Assembly (NCBI GenBank): GCA_946407675.1
Contig: CAMJPK010000001.1
Location: forward strand, 1-58,333
Direction of reading: 5' to 3'
Length of the DNA: 58,333 bases
Source: an uncultured Clostridia bacterium
GTDB taxonomy: Bacteria > Bacillota > Clostridia > Oscillospirales > Oscillospiraceae
Below, in pieces: positions 1 through 8,276 of the stretch. Numbering within the stretch: position 1 is the stretch's first letter; every line of letters starts with the position of its first letter. The notes under the pieces were generated by a model, which did no database searches, was not told the DNA's origin, and saw only the letters and a program-made list of their open reading frames with translations. A program made the translations under genes and the position numbers.

Positions 1-1519
1 CGACCAGTACATGTACCCCTTCTACAAGCATGACATCGAAACCGGCGCCATCACGGACGACGAGGTGCTGGAGCTGCTGGAGATGCTGCGCGTCAAGATC
101 ATGCAGTTCAACTTCGTCAACGGCGGCGCGCAGCAGCGCGACAAGTGGGCCGGCATGGCCCGCTGGCACAACTTCCTGATCGGCGGCGTGAAGAAAGACG
201 GCAGCGACGCGACCAACGAGCTAAGCTACCTCGTCATTCAGGCGGCCTACGAGGTGCGCATCCCGCAGTACACGATCACCGTCCGCGTCGCAAAGAGCAC
301 GCCGCAGGCCCTCCTGATGAAGGCCGCGGAGCTCGTGCGCACCGGCATCGGCATGCCCGCCTTCGTCTCGGACGAGAGCTACATCGCCGGGCTTGTGGAG
401 CAGGGCATCCCGCTGGAGGAGGCGCGCGACTACGCGCTGGCCGGCTGCCTGGACCTGAACCTCCCCGGCAAAAGCCGCATCAACGCGCTGGGCATGTTCA
501 TCGTGCCGAAGGTACTCGACATCACGATGCACAACGGCGTTCTCACGCAGACCGGCGAGCAGCTCGGCCCGCGCACCGGCGAGATGAAGGACTTCGAGAG
601 CTTCGAGGCCTTCATGGACGCCTTCAAGACGCAGCTGAAGTATTTCATGGGGCTTTACAACGAGGAGCACAACATCCTCATCCGCGTCAGCAGGGAAACC
701 AGCAGCGACGTGGTGCACTCCGCGTTCACCTACGAGGGCATCAGCTCCGGCCGCGATATGTTCGACCGGAAGATGTTCTATGAAAACGCCTCCATGTTCA
801 ACCCGATCGGCATGATCAACGTCGCCAACTCGATGGCGAGCGTGAAGAAGCTGGTGTTCGACGAAAAGCGCTTCACGATGGAGACGCTTTACAAGGCCAT
901 CGAGGCCGACTGGGCCGGCTATGAGGACATCCAGCGCATGTGCGCCGCCGCCCCCAAGTTCGGCAACAACGATCCCTTTGTGGACGACCTCGCCGCGGAG
1001 CTCTACGACTACTGGATCCAGACGACGGCCTCCTTCCGCACGATCTACGGCGCGCCCCCGCGCCCGACCGGCGTCTCCATCACGGCGCACGCCCCCGGCG
1101 GCGCCTACACCTGCGCCACGCCGGACGGCCGCCACAGCGGAGAGACGCTGTGCGACGGCGTCATGAGCCCGTCGCAGGGCACGGACCACGAGGGCCCGCT
1201 CCAGTCGCTTTCCAGCGCCATGCGCATCAACCAGACCCCGTTCAACGCCGCGCTTCTGAACATGAAGATCTCGCCCACCGCCATGAAGAGCGAGCAAGAC
1301 CTTGAAAAGTTCGTCGCCCTCGTCAAGACCTACATGTTCCACGGCGGCAAGCACATCCAGTTCAACGTCGTTTCCAACGACACGCTGCGCGCGGCGCAGG
1401 CCGAGCCGCAAAAGCACTCCGACCTGATCGTGCGCGTCGCGGGCTACAGCACCTACTTCACGCTGCTCACGCCGGCGGTACAGAACGAGATCATCAAGAG
1501 AACGGAAAACCAACTTTAA
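1..1519 (+). CDS. Glycyl radical enzyme (PFL2 / dehydratase-like family), C-terminal part; the 5' end lies upstream of the window
   Basis: The ORF is open to the window edge (frame of nt 2). It aligns along its whole length with the full-length paralog at 5759-8158 (DQYMYPFYK vs DQYMYPYYK onward). Glycyl-radical fingerprint RVAGYSTYF (Gly codon 1442-1444). Thiyl loop AGCLD (Cys codon 446-448, Asp 452-454). Confidence 0.9.
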   Translation, partial: DQYMYPFYKHDIETGAITDDEVLELLEMLRVKIMQFNFVNGGAQQRDKWAGMARWHNFLIGGVKKDGSDATNELSYLVIQAAYEVRIPQYTITVRVAKSTPQALLMKAAELVRTGIGMPAFVSDESYIAGLVEQGIPLEEARDYALAGCLDLNLPGKSRINALGMFIVPKVLDITMHNGVLTQTGEQLGPRTGEMKDFESFEAFMDAFKTQLKYFMGLYNEEHNILIRVSRETSSDVVHSAFTYEGISSGRDMFDRKMFYENASMFNPIGMINVANSMASVKKLVFDEKRFTMETLYKAIEADWAGYEDIQRMCAAAPKFGNNDPFVDDLAAELYDYWIQTTASFRTIYGAPPRPTGVSITAHAPGGAYTCATPDGRHSGETLCDGVMSPSQGTDHEGPLQSLSSAMRINQTPFNAALLNMKISPTAMKSEQDLEKFVALVKTYMFHGGKHIQFNVVSNDTLRAAQAEPQKHSDLIVRVAGYSTYFTLLTPAVQNEIIKRTENQL

Positions 1520-1535
1520 TCGCACGGAAGGATCG

Positions 1536-1626
1536 GCTCCCCTGAAAGGGGAGCTGTCGCGAAGCGACTGAGGGGTCTGACCCCTCCGACCTCGCTCCGC
1601 TCGGCCACCTCCCCTTTCAGGGGAGG
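1536..1626. repeat. Dispersed double-hairpin intergenic repeat, two units tail-to-tail (composite ~90-bp palindrome)
   Basis: gctcccctgaaaggggagc (1536-1554) + tgtcgcgaagcgactgaggggtc, then the inverted unit ending in cctcccctttcaggggagg (1608-1626). Same family as the loci at 11171, 14806, 20112 and 49213. Confidence 0.85.
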
Positions 1627-1650
1627 ATCAAAGGGACAAGGAGGATTCCC

Positions 1651-2328
1651 ATGGACAAGAAGGCATTGATCGACGCCATTCTGGAAAAAGAGTGGCCGAT
1701 GTTCCACAACGTCAACGGCGAGGAGCGCGCCTCCTGCCAGAACGACTATCCGGTGTTCGAGATCATGCGCCGCGCGCAGTACGACGCGTGGAGCACCACG
1801 GCGCTCGAGGCCTATCTCGCGGACGTGACCGCCGCCGCGGCGGCGGGCCGCAACCTCGCGCGCGAGAAATACATCCGCATGATGGAAAGCACCGACCCGC
1901 GCGGCTATGCCGCCTTCTGCGGCGAGCTGCCGCCCGTCTCGGAGGAGCAGCGCACTCTCGCCGGGAAGATCTGGGAGAAGATGCTGGCGCAGACCGAGCG
2001 CCTGCGCGAGAATTACCCCATTCTGGCGCTGGGCGGCCGGCCGCTGCACGCGAGCGAGGAGCGGGACGGCTGGGCCTCCATCGAGACCTACCAGACCAGC
2101 GAGCTGCTGACCTATTCCGCGCCGACGCTCCGCGCGCTTCTGGCGGAGATCGAGCGGCTGGAGGCCGAGGGCAGGGACTTCGTATACATGGTGCAGGAAA
2201 ACACCGTGACCGGACAGGGCTTCCCCGACATGGCCGCGGCGGAGAAGGCCATGGCCGAGCAGCTCCTGAAGGAAATGAACATCGAGATCGGCGGCGGCGG
2301 ATGCTGCTGCTGCGGCCCGACCGAGTGA
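1651..2328 (+). CDS. DUF4125-like protein with C-terminal GGGGCCCCGPTE tail
   Basis: 225-aa ORF with RBS aaggagg 7 nt upstream. The N-terminal EKEWPMFHNVNGEERASCQNDYPVFEIMRRAQYDAW...GRNLAREKYIRMME pattern matches my memory of the DUF4125 family. Four consecutive TGC codons at 2302-2313. Confidence 0.75.
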   Translation: MDKKALIDAILEKEWPMFHNVNGEERASCQNDYPVFEIMRRAQYDAWSTTALEAYLADVTAAAAAGRNLAREKYIRMMESTDPRGYAAFCGELPPVSEEQRTLAGKIWEKMLAQTERLRENYPILALGGRPLHASEERDGWASIETYQTSELLTYSAPTLRALLAEIERLEAEGRDFVYMVQENTVTGQGFPDMAAAEKAMAEQLLKEMNIEIGGGGCCCCGPTE

Positions 2329-2350
2329 TAATAGAAGAATTTTATTACGG

Positions 2351-2379
2351 TTGATTTCCTGTGCGTTCCATGATAGAAT
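2351..2379 (+). promoter_or_regulatory. Sigma-A-type promoter candidate for tctBAC
   Basis: TTGATT, 17-nt spacer, TAGAAT with TGn extended -10 (atgaTAGAAT), in an AT-rich gap upstream of tctB. Confidence 0.55.
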
Positions 2380-2442
2380 GACAGCACAAAATCATTTGAT
2401 AATTCTGCGTTTTTCCCACCATCCGATTCTGGAGGCATGTCA

Positions 2443-2934
2443 ATGAACACGAAACAGAAAGACCGGGTCCTCGGCGTCATACTGCTGCTGATCTCGCTGT
2501 TCTTCTTCTACTTTACGATGCAGCAGGAGGCCGCCCGCTTCGAGGGCGACCCCGGCCCGAAGATGTTCCCGCTGATCGGCTGCGTCATCACCGCGGTGTG
2601 CGGCATTCTGACGATCGTGCACCCCGACAAAAAGGAGCACAAGGCCTACCTCTCGAAGGAGGAGTTCAAGCGCGCGGCCAAGCTCTTCGGGCTGTACGCG
2701 GCCTTCCTCGTGCTGATCTGGGGCGTCGGCTTCATGATCACGGCGCCGCTGCTCCTGTTCGCGATCTCCGTGCTGTTCTCGTTTGAATCCCGCCCGGACG
2801 ATCCCTGGGGCAAGCGCATTTTGCGCAGCGCGATCTACGCCGTCATCGTCGGCGGCGCGCTGTACCTGCTCTATGTCACGGTGCTGCAGACACAGCTGCC
2901 CACGGGCGCGCTGTGGAAGCTGTTCAAGAAGTAA
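2443..2934 (+). CDS. tctB: Tripartite tricarboxylate transporter TctB-family small membrane subunit
   Basis: About 160 aa with 4 predicted TM segments, located directly upstream of tctA. I prefer the ATG at 2443 (GGAGG 7 nt upstream) over the ATG at 2437 (1-nt spacing). Confidence 0.8.
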   Translation: MNTKQKDRVLGVILLLISLFFFYFTMQQEAARFEGDPGPKMFPLIGCVITAVCGILTIVHPDKKEHKAYLSKEEFKRAAKLFGLYAAFLVLIWGVGFMITAPLLLFAISVLFSFESRPDDPWGKRILRSAIYAVIVGGALYLLYVTVLQTQLPTGALWKLFKK

Positions 2935-2949
2935 GGAGGGAAAAACGAT

Positions 2950-4470
2950 ATGTGGCAATACATACTGGATTCTCTCCGGGCGCTGGCCTCCGTCACCGGC
3001 GTGCTCTACATCCTGCTGGGCTCCATCGTCGGACTGCTGTTCGGCTCGCTGCCCGGCCTCGCCGGCGGCACGGTCATGGTCATGCTCCTGCCCATCACCT
3101 ACAAGATGAACCCGGTGCTCGCGCTGGCGCTGTTCATCTCCATCCACATCGGCTCCACCTCCGGCGGCTGCATCGGCTCGATTTTGCTCGGCATCCCCGG
3201 CACGAGCTCCTCGATGGCCACGGTGTGGGACGGCTATGAGTTCACCAAGCGGGGCGACCCCGTCCGCCCGCTGTCCGTCGCGGTGGTCTGCAACTTCATC
3301 GGCACGCTCCCGTCCATCCTCATCGCGATGGCGGCGGCCAAGTTCCTCGCCGACTGGGGCGTGAAGCTCGGCCCGTGGGAGTACGCCGCGATGTGCTTCT
3401 GCGCCGTCGCCATGGTCGTCGGTCTGAGCGAGGGCAACCTCGTCAAGGGCATCGCCGGCGTCGGGCTCGCCATTTTGCTGTGCTCCATCGGCCCCGACCC
3501 GATCAGCGGCCGTCCGCGCCTGACCTTCGGCAACATGTACCTCTACGACGGCTTCAACATCATCAACATCATGCTCGGCATGTTCGCCGCGAAGATCATT
3601 CTGCTCGAGTACGCCCGCCGCACCAAGACGCAGGACGCCAGCAAGATCAAGGTCCGCGGCTTCAAGTGGCCCGGAAAGGACATCCTCGACAACCTCGGCA
3701 ACCTGATCCGCTCGTTCATCACGGGCGCGTTCATCGGCTTCCTGCCCGGCCTCGGCGCCCCGACCAGCACGGTCATCGCCTACTCCAACGAGCGCAACCT
3801 CGACAAGAAGCACAAGGAGCTGTGGGGCCACGGCCACATCGGCGGCGTCATCGCCCCGGAGGTCGCGAACAACGCCGGCATCGGCGGCGCGATGATCCCG
3901 ATGCTCGCCCTCGGCATTCCGGGCGACGCCATCATGGTCCAGTTCCTCGCCGTCATGAGCATCCACGGCGTGCAGTCCGGCCCGATGCTGATGACCACGA
4001 ACCCCGAGATGGTCTACATGCTCTACACGGCGGCGATCATCGCGGCGCTCTTCGTCCTGCTCGTCGAGGTGGGCGGCATGCCGCTGTTCCCGAAGTTCAT
4101 CTCCATGCCCTACCACTTCCTCTATCCCGCGATCATCGTCATCAGCTTCGTCGGCGCTTACATGACCGCCGGCAACATGATGGGCGTCATCGTCACCCTC
4201 TGCGCCTGCCTGCTCGGGCTCGGCATGGATTACTTCGGCGTGCCGACCACGCCGTTCATCATGATGTTCATTTTGAGCTCCCTGCTCGAGAAGAACATCC
4301 GCCAGGGCCTCAACCGCTCGTTTGACGGCGTCATCGACTTCTTCAAGCGCCCCGTGTCCCTCGGCTTCATCGTCGTCGGCTTGCTGGTGCTGGTGCTGCA
4401 CACCGTCATTCCCGCGATCAAGGCCGCGAAGGAGAAGAAGAACGCCGCGGCGCAGACCGAGGCGGAATAA
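2950..4470 (+). CDS. tctA: Tripartite tricarboxylate transporter TctA-family large permease
   Basis: 506-aa polytopic membrane protein. N-terminal LLGSIVGLLFGSLPGLAGGTVMVMLLP and an internal GFLPGLGAPTSTVIAY repeat are typical of TctA. RBS ggaggg. Confidence 0.9.
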   Translation: MWQYILDSLRALASVTGVLYILLGSIVGLLFGSLPGLAGGTVMVMLLPITYKMNPVLALALFISIHIGSTSGGCIGSILLGIPGTSSSMATVWDGYEFTKRGDPVRPLSVAVVCNFIGTLPSILIAMAAAKFLADWGVKLGPWEYAAMCFCAVAMVVGLSEGNLVKGIAGVGLAILLCSIGPDPISGRPRLTFGNMYLYDGFNIINIMLGMFAAKIILLEYARRTKTQDASKIKVRGFKWPGKDILDNLGNLIRSFITGAFIGFLPGLGAPTSTVIAYSNERNLDKKHKELWGHGHIGGVIAPEVANNAGIGGAMIPMLALGIPGDAIMVQFLAVMSIHGVQSGPMLMTTNPEMVYMLYTAAIIAALFVLLVEVGGMPLFPKFISMPYHFLYPAIIVISFVGAYMTAGNMMGVIVTLCACLLGLGMDYFGVPTTPFIMMFILSSLLEKNIRQGLNRSFDGVIDFFKRPVSLGFIVVGLLVLVLHTVIPAIKAAKEKKNAAAQTEAE

Positions 4471-4535
4471 GAAAGCGCATATCACGGGCAACCGTGCTAT
4501 ATAGGACAGGAAAACAAAATCTGAAGGAGGAAACT

Positions 4536-5648
4536 ATGAAGAAACTCATCGCATTCCTGCTTGCTGCTGTGATGATCGTCGCCCTCGTGGGCTGCGGCAG
4601 CGCCAAGACCGAAACCAAGACCGAGGCCCCGAAGACCGAAACCAAGACCGAGGCTCCCAAGACGGAGGCCCCCAAGACCGAAGAGCCCAAGACCGAGGCC
4701 CCCGCTGAGGTCAAGTGGCCCACCGGCGACGTGACCATCCTCGTGCCCGCCGATGTCGGCGCGCCCCTCGATCTGGCCACCCGCGTCATGAAGGACTACC
4801 TGCAGGAGAAGACCGGCTTCAACATCATCGTGAAGAACGACGGTACCGGCGGCGGCGCCAAGCTCGGTGAAGAGCTCTACAACGCCCCGAAGGACGGCAG
4901 CGTTCTGATGTATGCCGGCGGCGGCCAGGTGCCCCCGTACTACAACGGCTCCTGGGCCCACAACCTCTCCAACCCCGACGACTACACCATCGTCTCCTCG
5001 ATGGTCGGCCTGGCGGTCCCCTCCGGCGCCGTCGTCGTCACCCAGCCCGACGCCCCCTATGACACCTGGCAGGCCCTGATCGACTACATCAAGGCCAACC
5101 CCAACACCGTCGTCGCCGGCGCCGCCAACGGCACCCCGCACGAGGTCCGTCTGAAGCTCCTGCTGCGCGAGGAGGGCGTTCTGGATAAGGTCCGCTGGAT
5201 CTCCGGCACCAACAACGACATCTCCACCGGCCTGCTCGGCGGCAGCATCAACGTCGGTATGCTGACCGAGACCGCCGGCCCGCAGTTCATGGCCGAGGGC
5301 AAGCTGAAGGGCCTGCTTTACAGCAACGTCGTGCGCAACTACGCCGGCAAGCCCGAGGTCGTCGCCGCGCTCGACTCCGTCCCGACCGTCGCCGAGATCT
5401 ACGGCGAGGCGAAGGCCCCCGAGCTGACCTGCGCATGGCCGATGGCTCTCGCCGGCCCCGCCGGCATGGATGAGGCGCTCGCCGACAAGATCTGCGAGGT
5501 CGTCAACTCCATCGTCGACAGCCCCGAGTACATGGAGCGCGTCAAGGCCCTGGGCGGCACCAACACCTTCCAGGACTTCACCCGCGCCGAGATGCGCGAG
5601 ATGATGGATCGCGTCGACGCCCAGTGCAAGAGCTTTTTCGGCAACTGA
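4536..5648 (+). CDS. tctC: TctC/Bug-family substrate-binding lipoprotein with KTE(T/A/E)P tandem-repeat linker
   Basis: Lipoprotein signal MKKLIAFLLAAVMIVALVGC, RBS aaggagg. Mature part ILVPADVGAPLDLATRVM...VKNDGTGGGAKLG...PKDGSVLMYAG resembles the TctC/Bug fold signature. The upstream ATG at 4494 lacks an RBS. Confidence 0.85.
   Translation: MKKLIAFLLAAVMIVALVGCGSAKTETKTEAPKTETKTEAPKTEAPKTEEPKTEAPAEVKWPTGDVTILVPADVGAPLDLATRVMKDYLQEKTGFNIIVKNDGTGGGAKLGEELYNAPKDGSVLMYAGGGQVPPYYNGSWAHNLSNPDDYTIVSSMVGLAVPSGAVVVTQPDAPYDTWQALIDYIKANPNTVVAGAANGTPHEVRLKLLLREEGVLDKVRWISGTNNDISTGLLGGSINVGMLTETAGPQFMAEGKLKGLLYSNVVRNYAGKPEVVAALDSVPTVAEIYGEAKAPELTCAWPMALAGPAGMDEALADKICEVVNSIVDSPEYMERVKALGGTNTFQDFTRAEMREMMDRVDAQCKSFFGN
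4605..4703 (+). repeat. In-frame tandem repeat encoding the KTETKTEAP/KTE(A/E)P linker of TctC
   Basis: 33 codons: KTETKTEAP x2 followed by KTEAP, KTEEP, KTEAP directly after the lipobox Cys. Confidence 0.9.
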
Positions 5649-5758
5649 TCTGAACCCATAGCAAATCCGAATACACGCGGCGGGAGCCCAACCGGGCTCC
5701 CGCTGCGGTGTCCTTGAGGAAAATAACATCGTATTACTACCCGGAAGAGGTGTCTGCT

Positions 5759-8158
5759 ATGAATACGGAACGCATTGAACGCATCAAGAAGACCGTCATG
5801 GTCGACCATTATCCGATCTGCATCGAGAAATTCCGCATCACGCTGGACGTGCGGGAGCAGACCCGCAACGACAGCGTCATCATCCAGCGAGGCAAGATCC
5901 TGAAGGCCTGCGCGGAGCGGATGCCCATCGCCATCGGCGACGACGAGCTGATCGTCGGCATCGCCTCCAGCAAGCACATGGGCCTGGAGATCGACCCGGA
6001 CTACGGCATCTGGCCGCAAAACGAGATCGACTCCCTGAAGGCCGACGGCTTCCTCGTCGATCCCCAGGACGAGATCGACCTGCAGGAGCTGAACAAGCGC
6101 TACACGCCCAACACCCTCATCGGGCAGATGGGCGACATCTTCTATGACAATGAACGATTGATCAACATGCTGCGCGCCGGCCTGATCCTTCCCCCGTGGA
6201 AGCCGAAGGAGACCGAGCGCGGCGTCGGCGGCGGCTATGCCCAGAGCGGTCTGGGCCTGGGGCCCTCGCTGGTGCTGCTGTGCGTGGAGTATGACAAGAT
6301 CCTGAAATACGGCACGCGCGCGCTCATCCGCCAGGCGCGGGAATGCCAGAGCAAGATCCGCTTCACGGACATGGAGGCGCTGGACAAGTACCGCTACTAC
6401 GACAGCGTCGTCATGGCGTTTGAGGCGATGAACACGCTGGCCGCCCGCTATGCCGCGCTGGCGTCGGACATGGCGGCAAAGGAGACGCGCCCGCAGCGGA
6501 AGGCCGAGCTGGAGCAGATCGCGGCGATCTGCCGCGCCGTGCCCGAGAACCCGGCGAAGACCTTCCGCGAGGCGGTGCAGGCCTTCTGGTTCCAGGTGCT
6601 CTTCCTCAGCCCGTCCACCACGCTGCCCGGCGGCCGCTTCGACCAGTACATGTACCCCTATTACAAGGCCGACCTCGCGGCCGGGCGCATCACCTCCGAC
6701 GAGGCGCTGGAGCTGCTGTGCCTGCTGCGCCTGAAGGACATGGAGCTGGGCCGCACCTCCGGCAGCGAGCTGCGCAAGAAGAACTCCGGCATGGCCAAGT
6801 GGCACAACTACACGATCGGCGGCGTCGATCCCGTCACCGGCGAGGACGCCACCAACGACCTGACCTACCTGCTCATCGACGCGGCGATGATCACGAAGAC
6901 CCCGCACCACACGCTGACGCTGCGCGTCCACGAGAAGACCCCGCCAAAGCTTCTGCAGCGCGCGCTGGAGTGCGTGCGGCTCGGCCTCGGCATGCCCGCC
7001 TTCGTCTCCGACGGCAGCTACACCGCCACCTTCGCCTCCCGCGGCTGCCCGATCGAGTACGCGCGCGACTTTGTGATGACCGGCTGCCTCGACGGCAACC
7101 TGCCCGGCAAGAGCCGCACCGGTCCCGTCCCGATGGTCACCTTCCCGCTGATCTTCGACATCTTCCGCCACAACGGCGTGGACGTCAAGACCGGGCTGAA
7201 GGCGGGCATCGACGTCGGCAACTTTGCGGACTTTGAAAGCTATGACGACCTGTTCGCCGCGCTGGCGAAGGAGATCGACTATCTGCTGCGCCTGATCGGA
7301 GAGAAGAACAACGTCGAGCTCGCGATCACGCAGGAGCTGCTCTTTGACCCGCTGCGCAGCGCGCTGATGTTCGAGGGCATCGAGTCCGGCAAGGACACGT
7401 GGAAGCGCGTCATGCCCTTTGAAAACTGCGCCGTCGTGAACCCGATCGGCATGGTGAATCTCGGCGATTCGCTGGCCGCGATCAAGAAGCTGTGCTTTGA
7501 TGAGAAGAAGTACACGCTCGCCGAGCTGGGCAAGGCCCTTGACGCCGACTGGGTCGGCTATGAGCAGATGCAGCGCGACTTTGAATCTGCGCCGAAGTAC
7601 GGCAACGACATCGACTATGTGGATAACATCGTCGCGGACTGCTACAAGCTGCTCAACGACACGGTGGCGACGATCCCGAACATCCTCGGCTATCCCACGA
7701 TCGCGACGGGCATCTCCATCACCTCCCACCAGCCCGGCGGCCAGCTCACCGGCGCGACGCCGGACGGGCGCAAGGCCGGCAGCATCCTCGCGGACGGCAC
7801 GACCTCGCCGATGCACGGTATGGACTGCTGCGGCCCGACGGCGGTGTTCAAGAGCGCGATGAAGATCGACCAGGACCCGATGCAGGCCACGCTTCTGAAC
7901 ATGAAGTTCCCGCCCTCCGTCCTCAAGACGGACGCGGACCTCGCCAAGCTCGGCGCGCTCATCCGCACCTATCTCACCCACGGCGGCAAGCAGGTGCAGT
8001 TCAACGTCGTCGATCAGGAGACGCTGCGCGCCGCGCAGGCAACGCCGAAGGACTACCGCGACCTCGTCGTGCGCGTCGCCGGCTACTCCACCTATTTCGT
8101 GACGCTCTCCCGCTCCATGCAGGACGAGGTCATCGACCGCACGAGCCAGACGCTTTGA
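5759..8158 (+). CDS. Glycyl radical enzyme (PFL2 / dehydratase-like family), full length, 799 aa
   Basis: N-terminal ERIERIKKTV...ELIVG is typical of GREs. Thiyl loop TGCLD (Cys codon 7085-7087, Asp 7091-7093). Glycyl motif RVAGYSTYF (Gly codon 8081-8083). Start chosen at MNTERIE (RBS gaagagg) rather than the ORF-track ATG at 5708. Confidence 0.93.
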   Translation: MNTERIERIKKTVMVDHYPICIEKFRITLDVREQTRNDSVIIQRGKILKACAERMPIAIGDDELIVGIASSKHMGLEIDPDYGIWPQNEIDSLKADGFLVDPQDEIDLQELNKRYTPNTLIGQMGDIFYDNERLINMLRAGLILPPWKPKETERGVGGGYAQSGLGLGPSLVLLCVEYDKILKYGTRALIRQARECQSKIRFTDMEALDKYRYYDSVVMAFEAMNTLAARYAALASDMAAKETRPQRKAELEQIAAICRAVPENPAKTFREAVQAFWFQVLFLSPSTTLPGGRFDQYMYPYYKADLAAGRITSDEALELLCLLRLKDMELGRTSGSELRKKNSGMAKWHNYTIGGVDPVTGEDATNDLTYLLIDAAMITKTPHHTLTLRVHEKTPPKLLQRALECVRLGLGMPAFVSDGSYTATFASRGCPIEYARDFVMTGCLDGNLPGKSRTGPVPMVTFPLIFDIFRHNGVDVKTGLKAGIDVGNFADFESYDDLFAALAKEIDYLLRLIGEKNNVELAITQELLFDPLRSALMFEGIESGKDTWKRVMPFENCAVVNPIGMVNLGDSLAAIKKLCFDEKKYTLAELGKALDADWVGYEQMQRDFESAPKYGNDIDYVDNIVADCYKLLNDTVATIPNILGYPTIATGISITSHQPGGQLTGATPDGRKAGSILADGTTSPMHGMDCCGPTAVFKSAMKIDQDPMQATLLNMKFPPSVLKTDADLAKLGALIRTYLTHGGKQVQFNVVDQETLRAAQATPKDYRDLVVRVAGYSTYFVTLSRSMQDEVIDRTSQTL

Positions 8159-8176
8159 TCCCCGCCCATACCGCAG

Positions 8177-8211
8177 ATCCGGCGGCGTTTTCCATGCGCC
8201 GCCGGATTTTC
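8177..8211 (+). terminator. Rho-independent terminator after the second glycyl radical enzyme gene
   Basis: 11-bp stem atccggcggcg / cgccgccggat, 9-nt loop, followed by TTTT. Confidence 0.8.
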
Positions 8212-8276
8212 CTTGCATTGCGCACGAAACGCGTATACAATGCAAACCATATCGCGTTTGAAACGGGTGCATCTCA

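Noticed and set aside
2440-4491. 683-aa ORF on the minus strand. The same type of very long ORF occurs at 5399-8494(-), 8274-10943(-), 13065-14918(-), 25078-27084(+), 30676-32886(+), 32688-34646(-), 35473-37023(-), 39713-42769(+), 52190-54811(-) and 55339-57012(-).
   Set aside because: Each is antisense to a gene with clear family motifs (TctA, GRE, MATE/ProRS, LepA, Pyc, ClpE, NifS and so on). The translations are Arg/Ala/Gly/His/Asp-rich low-complexity strings with no motifs. This is typical of stop-codon-poor antisense frames in high-GC DNA.
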